From Pseudomonadota bacterium (GTDB taxonomy: Bacteria; Pseudomonadota; Gammaproteobacteria; UBA9214), in NCBI GenBank assembly GCA_039714975.1, contig JBDLIH010000003.1, positions 10,197 to 74,196 on the forward strand: a DNA stretch of 64,000 nt. The letters are read 5' to 3'. Shown here one piece after another: positions 1 to 13,424 of the stretch; the first letter of the stretch is position 1, and every line of letters starts with the position of its first letter. A model generated the notes under the pieces. The model did not search any database. It saw only the letters and a list, made by a program, of their open reading frames with translations, and was not told the origin of the DNA. The translations under genes and the position numbers were made by a program.

Positions 1-204
1 CGTTCGATCACCCGACCACGACAGATTGCCATGTCGCTGGCAAAAGAATTGACGACTCACAGCCTGCCGGAAATCGGTGATGCCTTCGGTGGACGTGATC
101 ACACCACAGTACTGCATGCAACACGCAAGGTGGTTGAATTACGTGACAGTGACATACGTATAAACGAGGATTACAACAACCTGTTGAGAACTCTGACGAC
201 ATAG
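1..204 (+). CDS. dnaA: Chromosomal replication initiator DnaA, C-terminal fragment (5' end outside window)
   Basis: Frame-1 translation gives ...[37 protein letters not shown]..., the conserved DnaA domain IV tail, with a stop at 202-204. It is followed by dnaN-recF-gyrB. Confidence 0.9.
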   Translation, partial: RSITRPRQIAMSLAKELTTHSLPEIGDAFGGRDHTTVLHATRKVVELRDSDIRINEDYNNLLRTLTT

Positions 205-215
205 CGTGGAAATCC

Positions 216-224
216 TGTGGATAA
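216..224 (-). promoter_or_regulatory. DnaA box (TGTGGATAA, complement of the TTATCCACA consensus)
   Basis: Exact 9-mer consensus in the dnaA-dnaN intergenic region. Confidence 0.7.
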
Positions 225-249
225 TTTTTGGCAGTTAACTTATCCCCTG

Positions 250-258
250 TTATCCACA
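250..258 (+). promoter_or_regulatory. DnaA box (TTATCCACA)
   Basis: Exact consensus 9-mer 26 bp from the first box, followed by an AT-rich dnaN promoter region (260-411). Confidence 0.7.
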
Positions 259-411
259 ACTTTCCAACAAGCCATCAGACCACCGGGTGCCGACTTATCA
301 TTAACACAAGACATTGATATCATTATTGTTTATTGGGTTATACACAACTTTATGGGTGCTTAATAAACATTATTACAAAAGAAACTAACTTAAAAACATT
401 AATTATTAATT

Positions 412-1512
412 ATGAAATTCAGCATACAAAGAGAAGCGTTATTAAAACCTCTTCAACATGTCATCGGTGTTGTTGAACGACGTCAGACATTACCTGTATT
501 GGGCAATGTGTTATTGAATGCCACCAGGAAAAATATACGCCTGACGGCAACCGACCTGGAGGTTGAACTGCAGGCACAGGTAGCGGTGTCTGTTACGGAA
601 ACCGGTGACATCACCTTGCCGGCGCGCAAGCTGCTTGATATTTGCCGGACCTTGCCTGAAGAAGCCCAGCTGGATATTTCTGTCAAAAAGGACCGTGCCC
701 TGGTGAGTTCAGGCAAGAGCCGTTTCACGCTGTCGACATTGCCGGCCACAGAATTCCCTGTCATTGATAAAATAAAAAGTGCCCGAAAATTTTCGTTACC
801 CGAAAAACAGCTGCACAGTTTGATTGAAAGTACCGGCTTTGCGATGGCACAGCAGGATGTCCGTTATTACCTGAACGGACTGATGCTGGAACCCGATGGT
901 GCCGTGTTGCGTGCAGTCGCGACGGATGGTCATCGGCTCGCACTTTGTAACCTGGCGACCGATGTGGGTGAGGGCGTTAATCAGCAGGTCATCGTACCGC
1001 GTAAGGGGGTACAGGAATTACTGCGCCTGCTGGAACAGAGAGACGCCGAACTGGATATCGAAATCGGCAGTAACCATATTCGCATTACCACCAGTGAATT
1101 GCGTTTCACCTCTAAACTGATCGATGGACGATTTCCTGATTATCAACGTGTCATCCCCAAAGATCTCGACAAAAAACTGTTAATCAATCGCGACTCGCTA
1201 CGCCAGGCATTGACACGCACATCAATTCTGTCCAATGAAAAATATCGTGGGATTCGTCTTGATATATCTAAAAATAACATTAAAATACAAGCACATAACC
1301 CAGAGCAAGAAGAGGCTGTCGAAGAAATCGATGCCACCTATGATTACGATCCGATCGTGATTGGCTTTAATGTGACCTATCTGCTGGAAGTGCTCAACGT
1401 CCTTGATTCAGACGAGGTGGAAGTCTTCCTGAGTGATGCCAATAGCAGCGCTGTGATCAACCGACCGGGTAATGATGACTGTCGATATGTGGTCATGCCG
1501 ATGCGGTTGTAG
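412..1512 (+). CDS. dnaN: DNA polymerase III beta sliding clamp
   Basis: 366 aa. N-terminus MKFSIQREALLKPLQHVIGVVERRQTLPVLGNVLL is typical of DnaN, and the position after dnaA fits. Confidence 0.95.
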   Translation: MKFSIQREALLKPLQHVIGVVERRQTLPVLGNVLLNATRKNIRLTATDLEVELQAQVAVSVTETGDITLPARKLLDICRTLPEEAQLDISVKKDRALVSSGKSRFTLSTLPATEFPVIDKIKSARKFSLPEKQLHSLIESTGFAMAQQDVRYYLNGLMLEPDGAVLRAVATDGHRLALCNLATDVGEGVNQQVIVPRKGVQELLRLLEQRDAELDIEIGSNHIRITTSELRFTSKLIDGRFPDYQRVIPKDLDKKLLINRDSLRQALTRTSILSNEKYRGIRLDISKNNIKIQAHNPEQEEAVEEIDATYDYDPIVIGFNVTYLLEVLNVLDSDEVEVFLSDANSSAVINRPGNDDCRYVVMPMRL

Positions 1513-1701
1513 TGAGATTTACCTAAGTCCGACAGGCTCCCGGGTTGCGTTCGTCCAGAAAGAATAACTCTCGCCAAGACGCCAAGATCGCAAAGTTGTA
1601 ACTGATCGTCATCAAAAGTATACAAAAATTTTTCTTGGCATCTTTGCGCCTTTGCGAGAGACATTCCAGCGTTTATCGATAGACACAGTGGATAGTTACC
1701 C

Positions 1702-5260
<3,559 letters not shown>

Positions 5261-5337
5261 CATTAGCCGGATATTGTCTTGGTAAGAAGAAATATAGATA
5301 TTATCTTATTAAATTTAATGTAATTAATGTTAATTAT

Positions 5338-5355
5338 AACCCTATTTATAGGGTT
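5338..5355. repeat. Perfect palindrome AACCCTAT-TT-ATAGGGTT inside a 160-bp AT-rich spacer between convergent gyrB and plsC
   Basis: Read directly. The 8-bp arms are exact reverse complements, and the surrounding sequence 5261-5420 is about 80% AT. Confidence 0.6.
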
Positions 5356-5421
5356 TACATTAATATTATTTCTGGTAATTATTTTACCCGTGCAGGAGCA
5401 CCTTGCAGCATGTACATGGGC

Positions 5422-6171
5422 TTACTTAAGCGTCGTGATCTCGGCCATGCGGGCTTCAATCCAGTCGGCGGCTTCATTCAGGATCTGTTGAGCTGATTTT
5501 CCGGCGGGATCAATCGCCGCGCCGATGCGGACCTGAATGACACCCGGACGCTTGATGAAACTGCGCCGTGGCCAGTACTCACCGGCATTGTGTGCAACCG
5601 GGATAATGGGATAACCGGTTTGATCTGCCAGCACGGCACCCCCGATGCGGTAGCGACCGCGTTGTCCAGCCGGGATCCGGGTACCTTCCGGGAAGATCAC
5701 GATCCAGATACCTTCGTCCAGTCTGGTCTTGCCCTGTGTTACCAATTGTTTGACCGCAGCCTTGCCCGTGCCGCGTTTGATGTGAATGCATTTCATCAGG
5801 GCAAGGCCCCAGCCAAAAAACGGTATCCACATCAATTCACGTTTGGCCACCCACACCTGTAGCGGAAAGATTTGCTGCAGCGCAATGGTCTCCCAGGTCG
5901 ACTGGTGCTTGGAAAAAACGATGCCGGCCTCCGGGGTGATATGTTCATTGCCCTGAACCTCGTGAGTAAGCTTGCAGGTGACCTTCAGCCACCAGAGGAT
6001 AAAGTGCACCCATATCTGTACCAGTTGCCAGCGTGTATTGAGTGAAAAAAACACGGTAAACAGCAGCAGACTGGCAAAAATGACCAGTGAAACAGGGAAC
6101 ACAATCCAGAACGCCAGTGAGCGTAACCAGAGTACGGGGTAGGGGGAGTTGTCAGGGGTTGTGGAGGCCAT
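5422..6171 (-). CDS. plsC: 1-acyl-sn-glycerol-3-phosphate acyltransferase (lysophosphatidic acid acyltransferase)
   Basis: The conserved acyltransferase body has an HxxxxD-type region and a FPEGTR motif. The likely start is the internal Met of MASTTPDN (6171) rather than the ORF start at 6237. Confidence 0.8.
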   Translation of the reverse strand: MASTTPDNSPYPVLWLRSLAFWIVFPVSLVIFASLLLFTVFFSLNTRWQLVQIWVHFILWWLKVTCKLTHEVQGNEHITPEAGIVFSKHQSTWETIALQQIFPLQVWVAKRELMWIPFFGWGLALMKCIHIKRGTGKAAVKQLVTQGKTRLDEGIWIVIFPEGTRIPAGQRGRYRIGGAVLADQTGYPIIPVAHNAGEYWPRRSFIKRPGVIQVRIGAAIDPAGKSAQQILNEAADWIEARMAEITTLK

Positions 6172-6733
6172 CAGGATGCCAAGTGTAGTGTACCTGCAAG
6201 TCGAGTAAATGGTTAACGGCACTGTAGAGGTCATCAAATACCGCTATGCCCGGACCCAGTTCCGGGCTGCTCACGGTACCAAATCCCTTACCGGTTTTAA
6301 CCAGTATCGGTGTGGCACCTGCCGCCTCGGCAGCCTGGATATCACGCAGTGAATCACCGATTGCAGGCACGCCCTGTAAATCGATATGCAGTCGTTCCGC
6401 AATATCGTGAAACATGCCAGGCTTTGGTTTACGACAGTCGCAACCATCATCCGGGCCGTGCGGACAGAAAAATACCGCATCGATCATACCGCCGCTTTCG
6501 ATGATGCGCCGGTGCATGGTTTCGTGAATGCGGGCCAGCGTATCCAGGCTAAACAGTTTGCGTGCAATGCCTGACTGGTTGGTTGCCACCACCACTTGCC
6601 AGCCTGCCCGATGCAATTGCGCAATGGCCTCCAGGCTGCCGCGAATCGGTTGCCACTCCGTAGGCGACTTGATGAATTCATCGGAGTCTTCATTGATGAC
6701 GCCGTCGCGGTCCAGGATGATCAGTTGCATCAC
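6152..6733 (-). CDS. gmhB: D-glycero-beta-D-manno-heptose-1,7-bisphosphate 7-phosphatase-like HAD phosphatase
   Basis: HAD motif I LILDRDGVIN; 193 aa; GmhB-like Cys/His zinc-binding cluster CPHGPDDGCDCRKP. Confidence 0.8.
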   Translation of the reverse strand: MMQLIILDRDGVINEDSDEFIKSPTEWQPIRGSLEAIAQLHRAGWQVVVATNQSGIARKLFSLDTLARIHETMHRRIIESGGMIDAVFFCPHGPDDGCDCRKPKPGMFHDIAERLHIDLQGVPAIGDSLRDIQAAEAAGATPILVKTGKGFGTVSSPELGPGIAVFDDLYSAVNHLLDLQVHYTWHPDGLHNP

Positions 6734-7065
6734 ATGCCCCTGAATTCAGATACCCGGATACGACCGTTGATCATGCGTGACTCACGCTGTTCGAGTTTTT
6801 TCATCTTGGCCCAGAAGGCGTCATCAAGATTGAAGTCAGCCGCGATGGCGGTACCCAGCAGCAGGATCAGCAGGTCTGCACATTCCTCGGCGAGCTTGTC
6901 CGTATCCTTGCCCTTGGTAACGCAGGCCGAAATTTCGCCGAGTTCCTCTGTCATCAGTGCGATGCGATAGGCCAGCTCTTCACCTCCAGTGTTCTTGAAG
7001 TCATGCTTGTCATGGAAGGCCTGTACGGCCGTGAGCATGTCTCTGTAAGTGTCTTTGGTCGTCAT
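6730..7065 (-). CDS. MazG-like nucleotide pyrophosphohydrolase domain protein
   Basis: 111 aa. EELGE...E..DLL acidic motifs resemble the small MazG/NTP-PPase fold. Its stop overlaps the gmhB start. Confidence 0.6.
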   Translation of the reverse strand: MTTKDTYRDMLTAVQAFHDKHDFKNTGGEELAYRIALMTEELGEISACVTKGKDTDKLAEECADLLILLLGTAIAADFNLDDAFWAKMKKLEQRESRMINGRIRVSEFRGM

Positions 7066-7106
7066 GTTTTACAATAAATCATGTATGTTATATGAATACA
7101 GGCAGG

Positions 7107-9182
7107 TCATCCGTGGAGCAGGGATATGTCGGCTACCTGTAGAAACAGATCAGACAGCGCCTGCAGCAGGGCGAGTCGATTGTCGCGTAACGCCTCGTCA
7201 TCCGCCATGACCATCACGTTATCAAAAAAGGCATCCACCGGTGTTTGCAAGGCAGCCAGTTTGCACAAGGCGCTGGTGTAGTCCCGCTGTTTGAACAAGG
7301 GCGTTGTCAGTGTGTCCAGTTCTTCCAGCGCGGCTGCAAGCGCCTGTTCCGCGGGTTCCTGAAACAGGGTCTTGTCGTAATGCCCTGGAATGGCAGTCTC
7401 GGCCTTGCGCAGAATATTACGGATACGTTTGTTGGCTGCTGACAGGCTGTCGGCTTCAGACAGGTCACGAAATGTCCTGACTGCGCGCATGCGTTGATCA
7501 AAGTCCAGCGGCCGTGTCGGTTGACGTGCGAGCACGGCTTCAAACACATGCACTTCATAGCCGGCATCCAGATACCAGGCACGCAGGCGCTCCATCATGA
7601 AGGCAAACAGGTCGTTACTTATATTCGCTGCCTCCAGTCCTTCCGGAAATTGCAACGTGGCAGTTTCGATCAGGAGGCGCAGGTCCAGGTCGAGTTGTTT
7701 CTCTATCAGGATACGCAGCAGCCCGAGCGCCGAACGTCGCAGTCCGAACGGGTCCCTGTCGCCGGTCGGCCGCTGACCAATGGCAAAGATACCCGTGAGG
7801 GTATCCAGTCGTTCAGCAATTGCCAGTGCCTGCCCGGTAGCCGTTGCCGGCAGCTCATCACCTGCATGTCGTGGTTGATACTGTTCATCCAGTGCCATCG
7901 CAACTTCACTGGCCTCACCGTCATGGCCTGCATAATAGCGTCCCATGATGCCCTGTAATTTCGGGAACTCGTTCACCATGCTGGTCAGCAGGTCTGACTT
8001 GCATAAGTGAGCCGCACGTTCAGCATGCGATACGCTTGATCCGATGGCCGCGGCAATATCCGTGGCGATGGTCTTGATACGCTCCTGTTTCATGAGCAGC
8101 GAACCGAGTTGCTTCTGGAAGATAACGCCGTCCAGCATGGATAAACGGTCTTCAAGTGACTGCTTGCGATCCTGCTCCCAGAAGAACGCGGCATCCTCCA
8201 GACGTGGCCGGATGACGCGCTCGTTGCCGGCCTTTATCTGCTCCGGGTCCTTGCTGGCGATATTGGCGACCGTGATGAAGTGAGGCAGCAGATTGCCCTG
8301 CTCATCGACCACGGGAAAATACTTCTGGTGGTCCTGCATGCTGGAAATCAGGGCTTCTGCCGGGACCTCGAGAAAGCGCGGGTCATAACTGCCGCTGATG
8401 GCAACCGGCCATTCCACCAGTGCGGTGACTTCGTCCAGTAATGCTGTATCAATCAGGGTCTGACCACCGAGTGCAGCACCGGCCTCGGTGATCTGGGTGC
8501 GGATGGACTCGCGCCGCCGTTCCATGTCCACCTCGACCATGCCATCCTGTTCCAGCGTCTCGGCATAGGCGCCTGGCGTGGTGATCTCGATGGGCTTGTT
8601 GTGATGAAAGCGGTGTCCACGAGAGTAACGGTCACTGTCGACGCCAAGGATGTTTGCAGCCACGGGTTCCTCACCAAACAGCAGTACTACCCAGTGTAGC
8701 GGGCGCACAAATTCAATCTCTGAATTGCCCCAGCGCATCCGCTTTGGCATTGGTAATGCTTTCAGTGCCTTTTCAAGCAATGCGGGAATGATGTCTGTGG
8801 CGGCCTTGCCGGTCTCGGTGCTTTTGTATACCAGCCAGCTTCCCCTGGCGGTCTGCATCTCTTCCAGGTCGCTGACCACTACGCCGCAGGAGCGTGCGAA
8901 GCCTTCGGCCGGCCTGGTGGGATTACCCTCGGCATCAAAGGCGGCTTTCACTGCCGGGCCGCGTTTCATTATGTCACGGTCGGCTTGTGCGACGGGTACG
9001 TCCCTGATGACCACTGCCAGCCGGCGCGGTGTGGCATAGGCATGGCTGTCACCGTGTGCCAGGCCATTTTCATCCAGTTGTGTATCCAGCAAAGACTGCA
9101 GGGCATCACGCATGTGGCCCAGTGCCCCTGGAGGCAATTCCTCGGTACCGATCTCGATCAGCAGGTCACGGGTCGCCGTCAT
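7107..9182 (-). CDS. glyS: Glycine--tRNA ligase beta subunit
   Basis: 691 aa; N-terminus [21 protein letters not shown] is typical of GlyS; its stop overlaps the glyQ start. Confidence 0.93.
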   Translation of the reverse strand: MTATRDLLIEIGTEELPPGALGHMRDALQSLLDTQLDENGLAHGDSHAYATPRRLAVVIRDVPVAQADRDIMKRGPAVKAAFDAEGNPTRPAEGFARSCGVVVSDLEEMQTARGSWLVYKSTETGKAATDIIPALLEKALKALPMPKRMRWGNSEIEFVRPLHWVVLLFGEEPVAANILGVDSDRYSRGHRFHHNKPIEITTPGAYAETLEQDGMVEVDMERRRESIRTQITEAGAALGGQTLIDTALLDEVTALVEWPVAISGSYDPRFLEVPAEALISSMQDHQKYFPVVDEQGNLLPHFITVANIASKDPEQIKAGNERVIRPRLEDAAFFWEQDRKQSLEDRLSMLDGVIFQKQLGSLLMKQERIKTIATDIAAAIGSSVSHAERAAHLCKSDLLTSMVNEFPKLQGIMGRYYAGHDGEASEVAMALDEQYQPRHAGDELPATATGQALAIAERLDTLTGIFAIGQRPTGDRDPFGLRRSALGLLRILIEKQLDLDLRLLIETATLQFPEGLEAANISNDLFAFMMERLRAWYLDAGYEVHVFEAVLARQPTRPLDFDQRMRAVRTFRDLSEADSLSAANKRIRNILRKAETAIPGHYDKTLFQEPAEQALAAALEELDTLTTPLFKQRDYTSALCKLAALQTPVDAFFDNVMVMADDEALRDNRLALLQALSDLFLQVADISLLHG

Positions 9183-10102
9183 ACTGCACCCCCGTCGCCA
9201 GTGAGCATGGGGAAGCCCAATGTCTCGCGCGTGGCATAGTAGGCGTCCGCCACCTGTCGGGACAGGGTACGCACTCTCAGGATGTAGCGTTGCCGCTCGG
9301 TAACTGAAATGGCATTGCGTGCATCCAGCAGGTTAAAGGTGTGTGAGGCCTTGAGCACCATTTCATAGGCCGGCAAGGGCAGGTCGGCCTCGATCAGGCG
9401 ATTGCTTTCACGCTCACAGGTGTCGAACCAGTCGAACAATGAGGAAGTGTCGGCGTACTCGAAATTGTAGGTCGACATTTCGACCTCGTTCTGGTGGAAC
9501 ACATCCCGGTAGGTCACGGGACCGTCCGGACCCTCGGTCCACACCAGGTCAAAGACACTTTCGGCTTCCTGCAGGTACATGGCAATACGTTCCAGACCAT
9601 AGGTCAACTCGCCGCTGACCGGTCGGCATTCCAGGCCGCCGACCTGCTGAAAATAGGTAAATTGCGAAATTTCCATGCCGTTCAGCCAGATCTCCCAGCC
9701 CAGGCCCCAGGCACCCAGGGTGGGGGACTCCCAGTTGTCCTCGACAAAACGTATGTCGTGCACCAGGGGATCGATACCCAGTTCACACAGTGAACCCAGG
9801 TACAGTTCCTGTATGTCCAGGGGTGACGGTTTCAGTACGACCTGGAACTGGTAGTAGTGCTGCAGCCGGTTGGGGTTTTCACCGTAGCGGCCGTCGGTCG
9901 GGCGGCGCGAGGGCTGCACATAGGCTGCACGCCAGGGCTCCGGACCGATGGCACGCAGGAAAGTGGCCGGGTGAAAGGTACCGGCACCGACCTCCATATC
10001 GTAGGGTTGTAGCAAGGCACAGCCCTGCCGGCTCCAGTAGTCTTGCAGAGCAAGAATCAGGCCCTGAAATGTCTTAGGTGTCTGTGGCACGGTTTTTTTC
10101 AC
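9179..10102 (-). CDS. glyQ: Glycine--tRNA ligase alpha subunit
   Basis: Conserved [18 protein letters not shown]...[28 protein letters not shown]. The canonical N-terminus corresponds to GTG 10102. The ORF extends to ATG 10303 with a non-conserved extension. Confidence 0.85.
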   Translation of the reverse strand: MKKTVPQTPKTFQGLILALQDYWSRQGCALLQPYDMEVGAGTFHPATFLRAIGPEPWRAAYVQPSRRPTDGRYGENPNRLQHYYQFQVVLKPSPLDIQELYLGSLCELGIDPLVHDIRFVEDNWESPTLGAWGLGWEIWLNGMEISQFTYFQQVGGLECRPVSGELTYGLERIAMYLQEAESVFDLVWTEGPDGPVTYRDVFHQNEVEMSTYNFEYADTSSLFDWFDTCERESNRLIEADLPLPAYEMVLKASHTFNLLDARNAISVTERQRYILRVRTLSRQVADAYYATRETLGFPMLTGDGGAV

Positions 10103-10301
10103 TTGTTTGGCAAGCAGTATGCAAGCCGGGCAGTATAACGTGCGGTGCCGTAAATTTCCCCACGGCTGTGAACAGGCCCTTATTTTTATGGCACTTCCGT
10201 GACAAGCTGCGTGTCCATATGGTAAAGATGGTAGTCGCCGACTGTTCAAGCTGCACAGACGGGCGGTCGACACATTATTACTATCCCGGTGGAGGAAAAG
10301 C

Positions 10302-10868
10302 ATGTCACGGCTAATTCTCGAACCTACCCCGCAGGCCCAGTGGCAGGCACTGGTGCATGAAGCACAAACTGCCTGCGACCGGAATCTGGATGAATCACTG
10401 GAAAGTTACCTGGTGTTTTTGCTGATGCGTTTCGCTGACAGGCCGGAGTGTACGGTGCGCATCATGGCCGAAGACTATCTCAGGTCTCAATCACTTCGTG
10501 GCGAACAGCAGGCCGGGCAACTGCGTGAAGTCGGTGATCATTGCCTGTTGTTCTCCGGGTTATTCCCGCAGCTTGCTGAACGCCGCCTGGTGCATGTCAG
10601 TTATTTTGTCAACATTGGACGGGCCTCCTACCAGCAGTTATCGGCTGTTATGGATCGTGGCTGGGCATCCGTGTATCAGCGTCTGTCAGAGGCCTTCATC
10701 GTGCTGATGGATATCCTGCATGCCATGCGTGGACTGGGGGGTGATACCGTGCTGACACCACTCCAGGCCATGGACCTGTGGCAGGAGACCGGTAGTCGCC
10801 GCTGCTATGAACAGATGTGCGCTGAAGGCCGGCTAAGCCCGGTTCCCGCGGCCACTGAAAAACACTGA
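10302..10868 (+). CDS. Hypothetical protein (188 aa), divergent from glyQS
   Basis: Clean ORF with coding-like composition and no antisense gene. I recognise no family. Confidence 0.5.
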   Translation: MSRLILEPTPQAQWQALVHEAQTACDRNLDESLESYLVFLLMRFADRPECTVRIMAEDYLRSQSLRGEQQAGQLREVGDHCLLFSGLFPQLAERRLVHVSYFVNIGRASYQQLSAVMDRGWASVYQRLSEAFIVLMDILHAMRGLGGDTVLTPLQAMDLWQETGSRRCYEQMCAEGRLSPVPAATEKH

Positions 10869-10970
10869 ATCACCCGGTATTCTGCCGGGTTTTCTGCCGC
10901 AGCGGTCCTCGCTTGCGGTAGAATCCGTTCGTTCAAATGTTCTCGCGTCAAGCACGCCTGTTGATACACC

Positions 10971-12014
10971 ATGCCCAAACAAGCAAAAGCTGTTGCACTG
11001 ATTTCCGGTGGCCTCGATTCGCTGCTCGCGGCACGTGTGGTGATGGAGCAGGGGGTGCATGTCGAGGGGATCAATTTCTTTACCGGTTTCTGTGTCGAAG
11101 GCCACACCCATGCCATACGTAAAAAAGATCACAAACGGCCGAAACGCAATAATGCCTTGTGGTCAGCAGAACAGCTCGGTATCAAGCTGCATATCGTCGA
11201 TATTATCGAGGAGTACAAGGATGTCGTTATCAACCCTAAACACGGTTACGGCAGCAACCTGAATCCGTGCCTGGACTGCAAGATTTTCATGGTCAACAAG
11301 GCGCGTGAATGGATCGATGCAAACGGCTTTGATTTCATCATCACCGGTGAAGTGATCGGGCAGCGGCCCATGTCGCAGCGCAAGGATACGATGCCGGTCA
11401 TTGCACGTGACTCGGGTGCCGGTGAGCGGCTGGTGCGACCCCTGTGTGCAAGGAACTTGCCGCCAAGCCTGGCGGAGATCGAGGGCTGGCTGGCTCGTGA
11501 CCGCCTGTATGCCTTCAATGGCCGTTCACGCAAGCCGCAAATGGCGCTGGCAAAACAGTTCGGTTTCGAGGATTACGCTCAACCGGCGGGTGGCTGTTGT
11601 TTCCTTACCGATAAACAGTATGCAGTGAAGCTGACAGACTTGTGGAGCACACGCGGCAAGCGTGAATATGACCTCGATGACATCATGCTTTTGAAGGTGG
11701 GCAGGCACCTGCGGCCACGACCGAATTTTAAAATCATCGTCGGTCGTGAAGAAGGCGAGAATCGCTTTCTGGAAGGTTATAGAAAGCGATTTGTGCACAT
11801 GATTCCCACCAGCCATACGGGTCCTTTAGTGCTGCTGGACGGCGATATTTCAGCGGCTGATATCGAGTTGGCGGCACGCCTGACGGCGCGCTTCAGCCAG
11901 GGCCGGGATGCCGAGCGGGTGACCATTGAAGTGAATCCGAAGGGCAGTGCCACACACAGCCTGGTCGTGGTGCCGCTGCCGACAGATGAAATTCCTGCAG
12001 GCTGGTACCTGTGA
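10971..12014 (+). CDS. PP-loop ATP pyrophosphatase of the MnmA/TrmU thiouridylase family (divergent paralog)
   Basis: PP-loop SGGLDS near the N-terminus. NPCLDCKIFMVNKAREWIDANGFDFIITGE aligns with MnmA NPDILCNKEIKF...ADYIATGH. A second Cys region, GGCCF, aligns with MnmA STGICF. Confidence 0.55.
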   Translation: MPKQAKAVALISGGLDSLLAARVVMEQGVHVEGINFFTGFCVEGHTHAIRKKDHKRPKRNNALWSAEQLGIKLHIVDIIEEYKDVVINPKHGYGSNLNPCLDCKIFMVNKAREWIDANGFDFIITGEVIGQRPMSQRKDTMPVIARDSGAGERLVRPLCARNLPPSLAEIEGWLARDRLYAFNGRSRKPQMALAKQFGFEDYAQPAGGCCFLTDKQYAVKLTDLWSTRGKREYDLDDIMLLKVGRHLRPRPNFKIIVGREEGENRFLEGYRKRFVHMIPTSHTGPLVLLDGDISAADIELAARLTARFSQGRDAERVTIEVNPKGSATHSLVVVPLPTDEIPAGWYL

Positions 12015-12244
12015 GCATTACGGTCGTCGATGCACGTAATCTGCTTTGTCCGCTCCCCGTCATCAGGACACAGGACAGCGTCGCAAAACTGCAGCCGGGT
12101 GATGTGGTCCAGGTGCTGTGTACCGACCCGGGTGTTGTCCATGACATCCCGGCCTGGTGCAGGGTGCATGGGCATGAAGTGCGCGCAATAAAGGAACGGG
12201 AATATGAAATTATTATCGATATTCGCGTGGGTAGCGGCGGCTAG
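12011..12244 (+). CDS. TusA-like sulfur carrier protein
   Basis: 77 aa with the LLCPLPV (CPxP) active-site motif of the TusA/SirA family. Its GTG start overlaps the upstream stop in a GTGA junction. Confidence 0.75.
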   Translation: MSITVVDARNLLCPLPVIRTQDSVAKLQPGDVVQVLCTDPGVVHDIPAWCRVHGHEVRAIKEREYEIIIDIRVGSGG

Positions 12245-12251
12245 CTGAATC

Positions 12252-13424
12252 ATGGGACATTCACATTTACCGGATTCGCTTGACGCGCGTTACCTGCACG
12301 TCCGCAAGGTGACGCTGATTGGTGCGGTTGTCGACCTGCTACTGGGCGTGGCGAAGATTGTTGTCGGTGTCACGGCGGGTTCACAGGCACTGGTTGCCGA
12401 TGGCATACACTCATTCTCCGATCTGGCGACTGACTTCCTGGTGCTGTTCGCTGCCAAGCACGCGCATCGCGAGGCCGATACCGAGCACCCCTACGGCCAT
12501 GGTCGTATTGAGACGGTTGCCACGGTGGTGCTGGGCGTGGCGCTGGTGCTGGTTGCCATTGGCATAGCCTGGGATGCGGCACGGCGCTTGCTGGATCAGG
12601 ATTTGCTGCTGCATCCGGGCTGGCTGGCGCTGGTCGTGGCCGTGATCTCGGTGTTGTCTAAAGAGGTGATTTACCACTACACGGCACGGGCAGCGCGCCG
12701 GCTGCGTTCAAAGATGTTGCTCGCCAATGCCTGGCACAGTCGCAGTGATGCCATTTCATCCATCATTGTGGTTATCGGTGTATTGGGTACGATGGCGGGT
12801 TATCCCTACCTGGATGCGGTTGCGGCTATTGCGGTTGGCCTGATGATTGCGAAGATCGGTTGGGAGCTGTTGTGGAAGAGTCTGCAGGAGTTGATCGATA
12901 GCGCGCTGGATCCGGAACAGGTCGAGGCGATACGCAGGACCATCATGGCGGTTGACGGTGTGCGTGCCTGTCATATGCTACGTACACGCCATAGTGGCAG
13001 CGACGCACTGGTGGATGTACATATCCTGGTTGATCCGGTATTGAGTGTCTCGGAGGGGCATCAGATTGGTGAAGCCGTTCGCGGGCACCTGATAGAGACC
13101 ATGGAAAATATCTCGGACGTCACGGTGCATATTGATCCCGAGGATGATGAGCGTGCCTCGCCCTGTCACGATTTGCCGTTACGGGATGAAATTCTGCGGC
13201 GACTCGAACAGCAGTGGCAGCCCCTGGGTATCGGGGAGCGACTCGACAAGGTCGTGCTGCATTACCTGGACGGCAAGGTCCATATCGATGTGTTCCTGAA
13301 GGACGGCGGCCAGGAGCTACAACAGCTGGTTAAACTGACCAGGCTGATACGTGAAGCGGCACATAAGGCGCAGGATATCGGTGATGTCAATGTCTATATC
13401 CAGCACCAGCGCGCACAATTATAG
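12252..13424 (+). CDS. Cation diffusion facilitator family transporter (FieF/YiiP-like) with a C-terminal extension
   Basis: 390 aa. Six TM helices with CDF signature HSFSDLATD and H/D-rich motifs, a cytoplasmic C-terminal domain and an extra roughly 80-aa tail. Confidence 0.85.
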   Translation: MGHSHLPDSLDARYLHVRKVTLIGAVVDLLLGVAKIVVGVTAGSQALVADGIHSFSDLATDFLVLFAAKHAHREADTEHPYGHGRIETVATVVLGVALVLVAIGIAWDAARRLLDQDLLLHPGWLALVVAVISVLSKEVIYHYTARAARRLRSKMLLANAWHSRSDAISSIIVVIGVLGTMAGYPYLDAVAAIAVGLMIAKIGWELLWKSLQELIDSALDPEQVEAIRRTIMAVDGVRACHMLRTRHSGSDALVDVHILVDPVLSVSEGHQIGEAVRGHLIETMENISDVTVHIDPEDDERASPCHDLPLRDEILRRLEQQWQPLGIGERLDKVVLHYLDGKVHIDVFLKDGGQELQQLVKLTRLIREAAHKAQDIGDVNVYIQHQRAQL

